From: Malacoraja senta
Lineage: Eukaryota
Assembly: GCA_038087875.1 (NCBI GenBank)
Contig: CM075993.1
Span: 4,652,001 to 4,716,000 of the forward strand
Direction: 5' to 3'
DNA length: 64,000 nt
Each line of letters begins with the position of its first letter. The first letter of the stretch is position 1. Below, in pieces: positions 1-12,440 of the stretch. A program made the translations under genes and the position numbers. The notes under the pieces are model-generated. The model did no database searches. It was not told where the DNA came from and worked only from the letters and a program-made list of their open reading frames with translations.

Positions 1-587
1 CCACAGGATTTACTTTTAAATTGTTTTTGGGGTCACTTACTTCAGGACCGTTTATATTTTCCACCCTCATTCCATTTTGAAAACTGAACTGCTCGTTCAT
101 AACCATTCTGAATTAGAAACTTGTAAACTTGTAATTTGTCTGTAAACTTGTTTTAACTGTAAAGTGTCCTTGAGTGTCCTGAAAGGCGCCCATAAATAAA
201 ATGCATTATTATTATAGCTATAATAGTAGTGTGCTTTTGACCACTTCGCTAGTAAGTAATAATTTACAGTGTACGAAAAATACATAGCTTTATTCAAGAG
301 GAAAAATAAGTGTTTTTATTAATTAATTTGAGGAAATTTGACAGAGAAATATTGAATACTGAGGATCAGATGACGTGATGTAGCTTGAAACCAGAACAAG
401 TCCACTTTCGCCTCTATAATCCAGGTGAGATTATACTACCTAAAAATTATCATCACCATCCATTTAATTATATTAACAATATGCTATGGAGCAATTGGAA
501 ATATTCTATTTTCCGATTTGCATAGGCACGAGAATTTTGCACCCAATGCATTGGTGATGGAAAGTAAATGACAGTCAGTGATAATAC

Positions 588-1026
588 TGTGTTGGAAAGA
601 ACAGCAAGTGCTGGTTTACACCGAAGATAGACACAATATGCTGGAGTAACTCAGCGGGACAGGCAGCATCTTTGGATAGAAGGAATGGGCGACGTTACGG
701 GTCGAGACCCGTCTTCAGACTGAGAGGGAGACACAGAGATATGAAAGGGTAAGGTGTGAAAACAAGACATCAAAAGAGACGACGATCAAGGAAAATGCCG
801 AATAGATCATTGTTAGCTGGGAGAAAGTGACAACAAAGCAAACAGAGACAAAATGTAATCAGGGGGACAGTCAGACTGGTCGAATAACTAGGAAGGGGAG
901 GGGGGGGGGAATGGAGAGAGAGAGGGAAAGCAAGGGTTACTTGAAGTTAGAGAAATCAAAATTCATATCGCTGAGGTGTAAGCTGCCCTAGCGAAATATG
1001 AGATGCAGTTCCTCCAATTTGCGCTG
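588..1026 (-). mobile_element. 5'-truncated Penelope-like element: ORF C-terminus (937-1026, internal stop) plus 3' region with hammerhead-like motif and tail
   Basis: 937-1026 minus translates as QRKLEELHLIFR*GSLHLSDMNFDFSNFK*, resembling the end of the PLE GIY-YIG endonuclease domain. It is continuous with the abundant short repeat family. Confidence 0.8.
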
Positions 1027-2594
1027 CTAACACTGCTGACAAAATCAAAGTCTGACTTGGACAAGCCACATATGAACAAACATAACAGACTTTATCGAGG
1101 ATGGTGACAGGAAGAAATAGGTTTTAGAATCTCAGTGAAAATACCATAATCTCCCAAATCCACCTTGTTTTCCCACTGGCTGCACTAAACTTGCGAATTA
1201 TAGCAGCCACCTTAAAGCACTGAAGCAAAAACACAAAGTGCCAGAGTAATTCAGCGGGTCAGGCAGCATCTCTGGAGGACATGGATAGGCAATGGTTTGG
1301 GTCGGGACCCTGCTCGGTTCACTTGTCCTGCCGGTGATTTTGGAGGATTTTGCAGTTTTATTTTGTTTTATTTCTTCAGTTTTATTAGTAGTAATAAATA
1401 GTGAAGAAGCATTTAAAAATGTGACACCTATTTTTAATATTTTGTTTCTAATATGTTGTGAACTAAAAAAAGGTGAGGGTAACCAATATCAAGGCATACA
1501 CAGCTGCCAACAGGAAGAGTTGTGATAATCAGGTGGTCCCATCTTTCCAACTTTCAAATAATCTGTTCATTGTTGTCCCATGTGAGGCAGGCTACGACAA
1601 ACATCCCTTCCTCAGTACCACCCTGACAACTGACTTAATAGAATTACAGGCTCTGCTTTAATAACACATCTCAACTACAGGCCAGCAAAAACGACACTCT
1701 CAACCTGAATTATACAGCCAGAGATTCATATCCAATTATTAGCTAAAGTAACTATTACACAATCCAATCACAGGGAAAACAGCTGTTAATCTTCAATAGG
1801 TCGCTGCATATTAGTGGCTCACATGAACAGACCGTCTTTGTACTGGCCTCCACATACAGACTGTAATTATGTCCTAGTGACCGGCTGGGTGGGGACAGCC
1901 AGCCCCCTCAGACCCAGGCAGCAGATGGGGAACAATCAGTTCAATGTTCATCATCTGGATATGTATTAGGATAGTGCCTAGCATCTCTGACACCTTTGCA
2001 GCTACTATTTATGGTATTAATTGCCATGGCAGATAAAACTGTCTGTGAGGACGTGGTTAGATTAAGACAAAGATTTTATTCCCACTAAATCTGGCAATTG
2101 AATAGCTACTTATTTTCAATCCTTGCGCAGTAAAATTGGAAATATATGGAGGATGAAGGTTCTGCATTTTGTAATTCATTTCAGGATGGAGGCATCGCAG
2201 CATTCAGTGAGCATTCCAACTGCTCTTGACAAGGCAGTAGTGAACTACCTTAGTAAAACGGAACAGTCCTTCTGGTGAAGGTACTTCCACGGTGGTGTCA
2301 AGGATTTAGCCCGAGCAACATTATACGATAATCATTTTACACGGCAGAATGATGTGAAGCTTGAAGAGGAATAAGCAGGTGGCGGCGTTCCCATACACAG
2401 GTACATGCCGCATTTGCCCAACATGGGCAGAGGTCAAGGTTTTGTGAGGCAGCACAACATAAAGAGCAGCCAGCAGTGTAACTCAATTCTCTTGGCTGTA
2501 CAATGCACTGGTAGGAATCTGAAATGAGCAGCTAAAAATTCCTTGGCTCACAGTAACAAAATAAATCTGCCAAAAGCAACACTCTAAAATGTGT

Positions 2595-2857
2595 GGTACA
2601 CAAAAATGCTGGAGAAACTCAGCAGGTGCAGCAGCATCTATGGAGCGAAGGAAACAGGCAACGTTTCGGGCCGAAACCCTTCTTCAGACGTGAAGGGCTG
2701 GGTCGGTCGGGCGGTCGGAAGGGTCCGTCTGAAGAAGGGTTTCGGCCTGAAACGTTGCCTGTTTCCTTCGCTCCATAGATGCTGCTGCACCCGCTGAGTT
2801 TCTCCAGCATTTTTGTCTACCTTCGATTTTCCAGCATCTGCAGTTCCTTCTTTAACA
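2595..2857 (+). mobile_element. PLE fold-back insertion (inverted arm + spacer + sense arm + ~36-nt tail) with a hammerhead core on each strand
   Basis: Direct repeat aacactctaaaatgtgt at 2578-2594 and 2854-2870. CTGAAGA..GAAA at 2729 (+) and 2687 (-). Confidence 0.85.
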
Positions 2858-2903
2858 CTCTAAAATGTGTCACTGCTCTGTTATCTTGTATGATGTATAT
2901 TAA

Positions 2904-3112
2904 GTGTGTCGGAAGAAACTGCAGATGCTGGTTTACACCGAAGATAGACACAAAATGCTGGAGTAACTCAGCGGGACAGGCAGCATCTCTGGAGAGAAGG
3001 AATGGGTGATGTTTCGGGTCGAGACCCTTCTTTGGACTGAAACATCACCCATTCCTTTTCTCCCGAGATGCTGCCTGTCCCTCTGAGTTACTCCAGCATT
3101 TTGTGAATACCG
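2904..3112 (-). mobile_element. PLE fold-back insertion, second subfamily
   Basis: 14-bp TSD atgatgtatattaa at 2890-2903 and 3113-3126; inverted arms. Confidence 0.85.
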
Positions 3113-3254
3113 ATGATGTATATTAATCTTGTTCTAACAGTAACTTATATTGAAAATTTATATAACCCAGCAGATGCTAATACTCTAAAGTAAAAACTAA
3201 AAGTACAGTTCCAGAAATACACAGCAGGTCAGCCGTGAAGAGGGGAAGAGAGTT

Positions 3255-4130
3255 AGAAACATAGAAAATTGGTGCAGGGGTAGGCCATTCAGCCCTTCGA
3301 GGGCTGATCATTCAAAATCAGTACCCGGTTTCTGCTTTCTCCCCATATCCCTTGATTCTGTTAGCCCTAAGAGCCATATCTAACTTTCTCTTGAATACAT
3401 CCAGTGAATTGGCCTCCACTGCCTTCTGTGGCAGAGAATTCCACAGATTCACAACTCTCTGGGTGAAAAGACTTTTTCCTCATCTCGGTCCTAAATGACC
3501 TACTTATTCTTAAACTGTGATCCCTGGTTCTGGATTCCGCAAACATGGGGAACATTTTTCCTGCATCCACCCTGTCCAATCCCTTAAGAATTTTATGTTT
3601 CTATAAGATCCCCTCTCATGCTTCTAAATTCCAGTGAATACAAGCCCAGTCGACCCATTAGACATAGACAATAAGTGCAGGAGTAGGCCATTCGGCCCTT
3701 CGAGCCAGCACCGCCATTCAATGTGATCATGGCTGATCATCCCCAATCAGTACCCCATTCCTGCCTTCTCCCCATATCCCCTGACTCCGCTATCTTTAAG
3801 AGCCCTATCTAGCTCTCTCTTGAAAGTATCCAGAGAACCGGCCTCCACCGCCCTCTGAGGCAGAGAATTCCACAGACTCACAACTCTCTGTGTGAAAAAG
3901 TGTTTCCTCATCTCCATTCTAAATGGCTTACCCCTTATTCTTAAACTGTGGCCCCTGGTTCAGGACTCCCCCAACATCGGGGACAAGTTTCCTGCCTGTA
4001 GCGTGTCCAAGCCCTTAACAATCTTATATGTTTCAATAACAAGATCCCCTCTCATCCTTCTAAATTCCTGAGTGTACAAGCCCAGCCGTTCCTTTCTCTC
4101 AGCATATGACAGTCCCGCCATCCCGGGACT
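3255..4130 (-). mobile_element. Two adjacent CR1 (HER1-like) LINE 3' fragments
   Basis: Minus frame RTRDHSLRI..FRTEMRKK is typical of the CR1 ORF2 end. Two 3' ends at ~3255 and ~3659. Similar fragments at ~7070-7390, 13405-13590, 18750-19220, 41215-41560, 42696-42990 and 50513-50766. Confidence 0.8.
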
Positions 4131-4755
4131 GTCTTTTGTTAATGTTTCAAATTCAAATTAATGACCAGAGCTGGTAAAAATGAGAACATAAGTTGTCGAG
4201 ACGGGGTTGGAGGAGGGAGAGAGCAAATGGGATGTCTGTGCTGGGATGGAAATGAAGTAAAGTTGTCAGACACAGTTGATAAAACTAAGCAAACACCTGT
4301 GCATCAACTAAATTTTCGTTCTTTTTCAGTTTGTTGCCTAACATCACCATGCCAACCCTTCCAAACTCCGTCCTTTTGATTGCTAGTCTAGTCGAGGCAT
4401 GACATTCTGTGCATCCGAAGGTTGAAAATTAATAAAGCAAAATTCTTTTGATCCAAATGCAAGTAGATTAGTTATTCTTTACAATTATTTTATACTCTGT
4501 GCCTGTTACAAACAGCTAAACCAAGCATTGTATGAGTTACGCAAGCTCCCCCATCGCAAGTAAATGTCGGTTCTGCTGTCAAATGCTACCATTTGCCAAA
4601 CAATCCCTAAATAATTAGTGCACCACTCTCGGTATGCTGTTCCTGTCTCTCAGCCCCAGAACCCAGGATTCAGTTCGGACCTCAGGTGCTATCTGTGTGG
4701 AGTTTGCATGTTCTCCCTGTGATCATGTGGGTTTCCTCCAAGCGCTTCAATGTCC

Positions 4756-4998
4756 TGTGTAGGAAGGAATCGGAGATGCTGGTTTACACCGAAGATAAAC
4801 ACAAAATGCTGGAGTAACTAAGCGGGACAGGCAGCATCTCTGGATAGGAATGGGTGACGTTTCGGGTCGAGACCCTTCTTCAGACTGAGCTTCAGACTGA
4901 GTCTCAGTCTGAAGAAGGGTTTTGACCCGAAACATCACACATTCTTTCTATCCAGAGATGCTGCCTGTCCCACTGAGTTACTCCAGCATTTTATGTCT
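4756..4998 (-). mobile_element. PLE fold-back insertion nested in a V-SINE
   Basis: TSD gcttca(a/g)tgtcc at 4744-4755 and 4999-5010. Head-to-head hammerhead cores around ~4890. Confidence 0.85.
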
Positions 4999-5276
4999 GC
5001 TTCAGTGTCCTACTGTATCCCAAAGACATGCAATTTATCAGCATGATTGGCCATTGTAAATTGCCCCTGGGGTCTAGGTGAATGGTGGAAGCTCGGGAGA
5101 GTTGGCAAAAATTTGCGCGAATTAAAGAAATGGGATTAATGTAGGTTAAGTGTAAATGGGTGGTTGAAGGTCAACATGGATCTGGTGGACCAAAGAACCT
5201 ACATCTCTTGATTCGTCTTGATGTCATCATCAGTAATCACTCGTCTGCTGCCTCTAACATGTAATATCATTGGCAT

Positions 5277-5373
5277 ATCGCTGGTCTGAAGAAGGGTTTC
5301 GGCCCAAAACGTTGCCTATTTCCTTCGCTCCATAGATGCTGCTGCACCCGCTGAGTTTCTCCAGCACTTTTGT
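5277..5373 (+). mobile_element. Solo tail-less PLE arm
   Basis: 13-bp TSD atatcattggcat at 5264-5276 and 5374-5386. Confidence 0.8.
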
Positions 5374-5552
5374 ATATCATTGGCATGAGTAGGACGTAGA
5401 TATAGATGGATAGGTTAGGACCATCTACGAGCACAGCATGCACACTTCCTTTAAAGTCTCAAGATTTGTTGTGCAATGATCAGTCTATTACAGAAAATCA
5501 AATTTTCGTCAATAAGATCCAAAGCATTCTAGTACAAATGTTGAACCCAGTA

Positions 5553-5836
5553 GTGTGGCGGTAGAGTTGCTGCCTTATAGTATCAGAGACCTGGGTTCGA
5601 TCCTGACTACGGGTGCTGTCTGTACGGAGTTTGTACGTTCTCCCTTTGACCTGTGTGGGTCATCTCCAGGAGATTGGGTTTCCTCCCACAGTCCAAAGAC
5701 ATACAGGTTTGTAGGCTAATTGGCTTGGTAAAATTGTACATTGTGTAGGATAGTGTTAGTGTGTGGGAATCGCTGGTCGGCGCGGACTCGGTGGGCCAAA
5801 GGACCCATTTCTGCGCTGTATCCATAAGCCAAACAA
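5553..5836 (+). mobile_element. HE1-like V-SINE
   Basis: Aligns by eye to 61986-62285. An older copy lies at ~4620-5200. Confidence 0.75.
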
Positions 5837-7508
5837 AACATTGTGCGGCAGTAATGTTATATTCCTTACGGATGTCATAGGCATCCTTACACATGTCAAA
5901 GGCCCAGGCATTGACAGATACATAAAAGAAAATGAGACAAGTCAATGCTCAACAGAGGGTCATATCTCTCTCATTTCTGACGAAAATTAATAATTTTTGT
6001 AACCAAATAAACCAGTAGCGCTGATTTCAAATGGGTGCGCAGCCAAAACAGGTTTCACTGTTAGCATAGGCTAACATCTGGGATTAGGATTGGAAATGAT
6101 ACCTGCAACAGGGCAACACGCACCATCAACCCTGGAGGATATTAAACGGTTAACAGGCTCATCTGCTTTTACTGTTCGAAGGGAGTGGCAAACAAGAGAA
6201 TAATGGCCAATCTTTAGTCTGAGAAGTTCAGTTTAAGAGTGGTGCGTAAACATCTCAGATCAAACAGTTAACTGTTACGGGTGTTGTAAGAGGACGATTT
6301 ACAACCAATTAGTTTGTTTTGAAATGCCCTCTATGACTGCATGCAAGGAGGAATTCGCTGAAAGTTAACTGCTGCAGGAGTCAGACTAATGTCTGAATCG
6401 CTTCTATTAGGCACAAAAACACTGTTTAAATCCAACTCATACTCGCACTTAAATTGTTTGAAAAATAGCAATTACTTTGTTATTTACAAATTACACAGTG
6501 ACACTCTCATCTCACAGTTCCTGATTGGGGGTTGCATTGAAAATTGGGGGAGTTGGAAAAATTAAAAACCAGAAAAAGCCTAAAGGGTAAAAGATTGTTA
6601 ATTTTATTCAGTGAAATTTTACAGCAGATGTAGTTTTTATGAATGTCACTGTTATTGTGAATAATCTCCACTCAACAAGATGACTATTAACTAGTTAATC
6701 TTTTTCTGCTGATACTGGACGAGTCTGAATGTCGGCCGGGTTTCTGAGAGAAAAGTCTTCTCAAATACTAAGTTTGTTCAGTTGGTGGCACTCTTGCCTC
6801 TCAGTCGGAGATTGTGGGCTCAAACCACATCCTGATATTTACATTGACATTAAAGTGCAGCAATGAAGAAGTACCATACTGTTGGAAGATGGCATTGTTT
6901 GATGAGCCCTTTGCTTATTCTGATAATAGTTCCGATTCAAAGTAGAGCAGGAGGTTTTGCTAGTGCCCTTTTCATTTTCCCACACTGACACACCAAAAAT
7001 AAATTAATTGGTCACAGCTGTTTGTGCCTTTAACCTGGATATATTCTTCTGTTATGCAATTGCAGTTATAGAGTCATGCAGCTATACAGCATGAAAACAG
7101 GCCTTATGGCCCAACTCGTTCTATGCTGCTCAAGTTACCAAAATCAAACGTCTCTAACATGCCTCGCCTGTTCCATATCCTTCCAAACCTTTCCTATCTA
7201 TGTATCTGGTCAAATGTCTTTTAAATGTGGTAATTGTACCCGCCTTTACCACTTCCATTTATGCACCGCCCACTGTGTGATGTAGTTGCCCCTCAGCTCC
7301 TCTTTAAATCTCTCCCCTCTCACCATAAACCTAAGCGCTCTAGTTTTTGACTCCCCTATCCTGGGCAAAAGACTATGGCTATCCATTTTATCAGTAATTC
7401 TTTGTTTGAGGTAACTAGATTGGCCCTAAAAGGTACTGCACAAAACTAAATGCTTTGTTTTCTCCCATCTAACACAAAACACCGTGACAATTTCAAGACC
7501 AACTCAGT

Positions 7509-7709
7509 CTTCTTCTTCTTTCATGTCCATCTTCCATGTTTCAAATGTTGACATCGCTGTCATCGTCCGTCCTGAAAAGGACGCGGGCTTCCGGCGACAA
7601 TCAGTGGGAGCCATCACTTGTTGCAATAGATGATGGTGGTAGCAGAATTAGCTCGGGTTACTTCCAGTTTCCAGCCCCGCGACGTGGACGCTTCTGCTAT
7701 GGGGGCCGC
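7509..7709 (-). mobile_element. Short non-coding retroposon (family H2) with 5' HDV-like ribozyme and (GAA)n tail
   Basis: 10-bp TSD ccaactcagt at 7499-7508 and 7710-7719. Minus-strand tail GAAAGAAGAAGAAG. CpG-rich, with internal hairpins (CGTCCT-tttc-AGGACG; CCATCA..TGATGG). Confidence 0.85.
7640..7707 (-). ncRNA. HDV-like (CPEB3-like) self-cleaving ribozyme motif
   Basis: Minus strand: P1 GGCCCC(C), A, P2 TAGCAGAA, P3 GCG, L3 TCCACGT, P3' CGC, P1' GGGGCT, P1.1' GG, 19-nt P4 region, C-TAA, P2' TTCTGCTA. G1-U wobble and catalytic C (7651) are present. Confidence 0.85.
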
Positions 7710-9548
7710 CCAACTCAGTAGGCAGGTCTATCATCAGAATGGCGCCACAGTCATGAGTAACTCTGTTTTAGCACGCATTGTAGATGATTATATGGTCACT
7801 TTGTAATCTCGTCTCATTTTGTCCTCCCATTTCCATGCTATGTGTTTGTTCTTTAATAGTAACCTTGTTACTTCAGCAGTTGTAATCTTCGGAATGTTTT
7901 CTGGTAGAACAACAACTTTGGGAGTCACTGGAATCAAACAAATGGAAACAGGCATTCCCATGGTAGGGAATTGTTGAGGCGAATAGTGTGGATGCATTTG
8001 AGGAAAAAAAGCAAAAGAATGGGGAAAGGAGAAAGGGACAAGAGTCAATAGTGTTTTATTGTCATATGTCCCAGATAGTACATTGGAATTCTTACTTGCA
8101 GCAGCACAACAGAATATGTAAACATAGTACACTGTAAACAATACAATAAACCAGAGAGAAAAATAAGTTATTTTTCAGAAGGATGTACTGATGTTAGTTA
8201 GGTGAAGTGCACAAGGAGGAAAAAAATGCTACAGGAAATAATGGAAGGCAGACAAACAAGTTGGTGTTGTAAACTTCACACAATTCTATGTAGTGTAACT
8301 TTCATCATGGTTTTAATTTAACTAAATATGAACATATACTTTTATAAGTTTTCATGGAATGACGATTATTTCTTCCCCATTGCCAAGCACCAGACAAATC
8401 TAATCTTTATTTACACAACTCCCACTGAGGTCTCTGCCAACCTGAAAGTCACTCACTTAAAAGTAAACAAGGTCAGCATGGTTAACTTAAAGAAACATTC
8501 CCTTGCTGAGGAAAGCACCCACAATTTATTTCTTACAAATTTTGTCAAGAGCACAATAAAAACTTGCATCGCAATTTATCTGCAACAATGCTGTTACAGT
8601 CGCCCTTGGGTTGATGCAGAAGGCAGCCAGCAGTGCATTAACACCACACTGCAACAAATCTTCGTTGGCGATAGTCGCTGTCCAATTTTAATGCAAGGCA
8701 AATGTAGGACTGATGATACTGGTATTTTTGCTGACAATCTTTTATTTGTCTCTTCTTGTGCAATTCATGGTGGAATTGTATTGGGCAAAGTTGACATCCA
8801 ACAGAATTAGCACTGGTCTAATAAAAACGTACCCAATTAAAAAAAGGTGTATTCCTTGCATGCAAAACTGAAAGTTATATTACATTTATATTACCAAAAT
8901 TATACCTCATGGCCTCTTGAAATCTATGATATAATAAATGACCGACTTTGTTCATTGAACATGAGGAAGACCATCATACTCCTTGTTCCCCTTTTTGAGC
9001 TCCCTCATTTTCTCTGTTTGAATAACATTCTCACCACACAGAGAAATCAACAAATTTGCTATATATCCTGGGAGAATATATACTGCTGCTTAGATAAAAA
9101 ATAGCTTGATGCTAAAGTATTGGATACAGTCCTAGGCTTCTCCCCAGCCAAGTAGAAATTGCCTGACAGCAGTTATGAATGATCTGAGGCATCTCGAAAA
9201 GTTATGACCACGGAAAGGTGTATGTTTAAATGGTCAGAAGGCAAGCTGAAAATAAAAAGGGGGAATTTTTGATTCCTGCCAGCTTTCACAAGTCTGGGCA
9301 GCACTCGATATGTGCCCCTTAACTTCCTGTTGAAGGATGACAGTGGCCATCTGCTAGTATCTATTGCAGCACAAGGATTGGAAAGGTTCACAGATCAATC
9401 CTTGATGCTTGGTATTGGCTGAGCATAACCAATTCAGTGGAATAAAATTCTCCCAGACTTTGACGTGGATCGGGCAGTGGCCAGCACGGAACATCCTGCA
9501 GGCTCTGCAGGACAAGGACTCGATGGATCTGGTGGGTTGTTCACCTAA

Positions 9549-9844
9549 AGGGCCTGTCCCACGATGCGAGTTCACCCAAGAGCTCTCTCCAGTTAAAAAA
9601 AAAAATCAAGCTCGTGGTGAGTACGTAGAATGTACGTAGCGGGTACGTCGGAGCTCGTGGATGTCTCGTAGCGGCTCGTAATGCTAACGGCAGGTACTCG
9701 GGACGCGCGGAAACTCGTGAAGTTTTTTCAACAGTGTGAAAAATTTCCAAGAGTAAAAAAATACTCGTGGTGAGGTGCCATGAGTTTAATTTTTTTTAAA
9801 CTCGGGAGAGCTCTTGGGTGAACTCGCATCGTGGGACAGGCCCT
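9549..9844. mobile_element. PIF/Harbinger-type MITE
   Basis: Long TIRs AGGGCCTGTCCCACGATGCGAGTTCACCCAAGAGCTCTC; flanks TAA/TTA; non-coding. Confidence 0.8.
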
Positions 9845-11393
9845 TTAGGTTATCAATAATCAAACCTTCTGATAATCAGTGTCCATAATGTCATGTTAAA
9901 GATGGTTAACTAATATTACCACCCACTGAAGCATATTGTCCTCGCGAGGCAATTTACACTAAGAAAAAGGTGGTGTGGGTGGGGGGTGAGAATAATCTGG
10001 GTAGAATTTAATTTAATTAGTGATGAATTTTAGTTTCCTTCAAATCCTCAAAGCATCAACAGATTACAGATCATTAAGAATTTCATCCGGGCAAATGGTT
10101 TAAATAAAAAAGGATTTGAAATAGAAAGAAGGTTGTTTGAGCACTTCAGAGCTGGCAACTAATTACTGTAAATGGGACTGTTTTGAATTAGGATTTTGTT
10201 CTCTTTACATTCCTCCATAACTCACTGAATACAAATATTCCACAATTCCTCTATATGGAGGCTAAATTAAGGCAGTCCACAGTATTGTTATATCAGTGTC
10301 AAATGGCACTCTCGCGAACAATGTATTAATTGAAGTAAAATATTTAAAGTATCACCAACTCGTATTTTATAGACCTGTGAAATTATACATTGCAGAACCC
10401 GAAATCCATTAGTATAGTTCACAACAATGTAGAATAATAGAACAAAATAAAGTTGTTCTGATTTCATGCACAAAGCATGGCAGAAAAAAATGAAATATGA
10501 TTTTACACTTTCAAGTTGCATTATCTTATTTGAAAGTTGTAGGGGGATAATTTTTCTCTGTTGATTTATTAGGACTGAGAGAAAAGAGTTAGCATCAGTT
10601 TGGAGAATTGAAGTTCTGTTGGATAATGTCAGCTATTTCTAGTGATAATCCTTATATCCTCGCTACCCTTTACTCAAATAGATATCATGCCGCATCTTTC
10701 AATCAATAGACAATACACATCAAATTCTAATGGCAACATAACAGAACTATACAGTGCATGAGAGATTTTCTGGACTTTTTCCAACTTTCTTTGTGTCACT
10801 GAATCAGAGGCTGGAGGTAAATGTCATTTTTCCCATTCCCTCGGCACTGCTGAATTGCGATATCCCGGATTCTTCACCACACGATGAACAAAAACGACAA
10901 TCAGGGAAGTATAATTTTTTAAAGTATACAAATACTAGTTGACTGTAGAAACAAGGATCTGCAGATGCTGGTTTACACAAATGGACACAAAGTGCTGGAT
11001 ATATTCTCCAGAGATGCTGCCTGACCCACTGAGTTACTCTCACACTTTGTGTCCTTTTGTGGATACCAGTTGATTGATCTGGTGGTACGGCAAAACCGGA
11101 GCGTACACTGTCAAAATGAAACGAGGTTTCACGTTGCTGTTTGAATAAAACTCTCAATTTTTGAACGCTTGGCACTCTGTATGAAATTAAATAGTTAAAT
11201 GGAAAGTAGAAAACGGTATTTCTACTGCGAGTCTCACCCAGCAAAGAAAAAGCACAAATTATTTCACCATGCTTATAGTGATGGACCGTGATGTTTCTTT
11301 CCCTAGACCGAAATATCACTGCAGCCTAACCATGAACAGGCCGATTAAAAGAAACTTCTCTTTTCACCATTTACATTGGGGCAGTTAGTTTTA

Positions 11394-11532
11394 AGGGCCT
11401 GTCCCACTTACGCAATTTTTTCGGCGACTTGCTAGCACCCGTCATAGTCGCTGAAAAATGTCGGCAACCTGCTGCGACTATGACGGGTGCAGGCAAGTCA
11501 CCGAAAAAAATTGCGTAAATGGGACAGGCCCT
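11394..11532. mobile_element. PIF/Harbinger-type MITE (short relative of 40388-40719)
   Basis: TIR AGGGCCTGTCCCA; TTA on both sides. Confidence 0.8.
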
Positions 11533-12387
11533 TTACAATTGCATTTGTAATTAATACTTTGTTCAGCATTTCCTCTGCAGGCCACACCCAACCTACTGAA
11601 CTGCGTTCATAGGGAACTGCAGTAGCTGGTTTACCAACAAAGACACCAAGTGCTGGAGTAACTTAGTGAGCCAGGCAATATCTCTGGAGAATGGAAATGG
11701 GACGTTTTGAGTTGGGACCCTTCTTCAGATTGATTGTAGGTGGGACGGAGAAGCTGGAAGAGCGAATGGGCCTTCTCCCTCCTCCCTATATTCTTTCCTC
11801 TAGCTTCACATTTCACAACTCTTCAATCCTTTTGTCTCACACCTTCTGTCCTTTCATATCTGGCACCCATTTCTTCTCTCCAGAGATGCTGCCTGTCCCG
11901 CTGAGTTACTCCAGCATTTTGTGTCTACCTTTGTTCAGCCATCTGCCTATCAAATAAATCCTCATCTGTATCAATGCCTATTTCCAGCTTTCTCTTCCCC
12001 CTCCCCCCCCACAATGTCAGAAGAAGGGTCCCAAACCAAAACGTCACCTATCCCGAAGTTTAAGAAACATTTGGGCGGTTACATGGCTAGGATAGATTTA
12101 GAGGGATATAGGCCAAAAGCAGGCAGGTGGGGCTAATGTAAATGTGAGTCGATGTGGGCAAGTTGGGCTGAAGGGCCTGTTTCCATGTTGTATGACTATG
12201 ACTTTCTCCAAGATGCTCTTGAGAGATGCTCTCAAGAGAGAGTTCTTGAGAGATGCTGCCTGAGTCGCTGACGTGGCCAAGAATGAGTGGGTGGGGGGTG
12301 GGAGGTGCAGAGAGGGAGCGGCAGAGAAAGGGAGAGAGGGCGCAGTAGGGAGAGAGAAAGGAGGTGGCGGGGAGAGGGAGTGATGGG

Positions 12388-12393
<6 letters not shown>

Positions 12394-12437
<44 letters not shown>
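12394..12437. repeat. (GA)n microsatellite within a purine-rich low-complexity tract (~12290-12610)
   Basis: Directly visible. Confidence 0.9.

Positions 12438-12440
<3 letters not shown>

Noticed and set aside
2591..2810. Recurrent short ORFs (MLEKLSGCSSIYGAKE...; CRCWFTPKIDTKCWSNSAG...)
   Set aside because: Translations of the non-coding PLE 3' repeat; they recur only because the repeat recurs.
8328..8810. 160-aa ORF and other unique-sequence ORFs as candidate genes or the next SCAPER exon
   Set aside because: No recognisable homology. The expected next SCAPER peptide (NVADQIAFQ..GGL..LE) was not found with splice sites in 1-20792.
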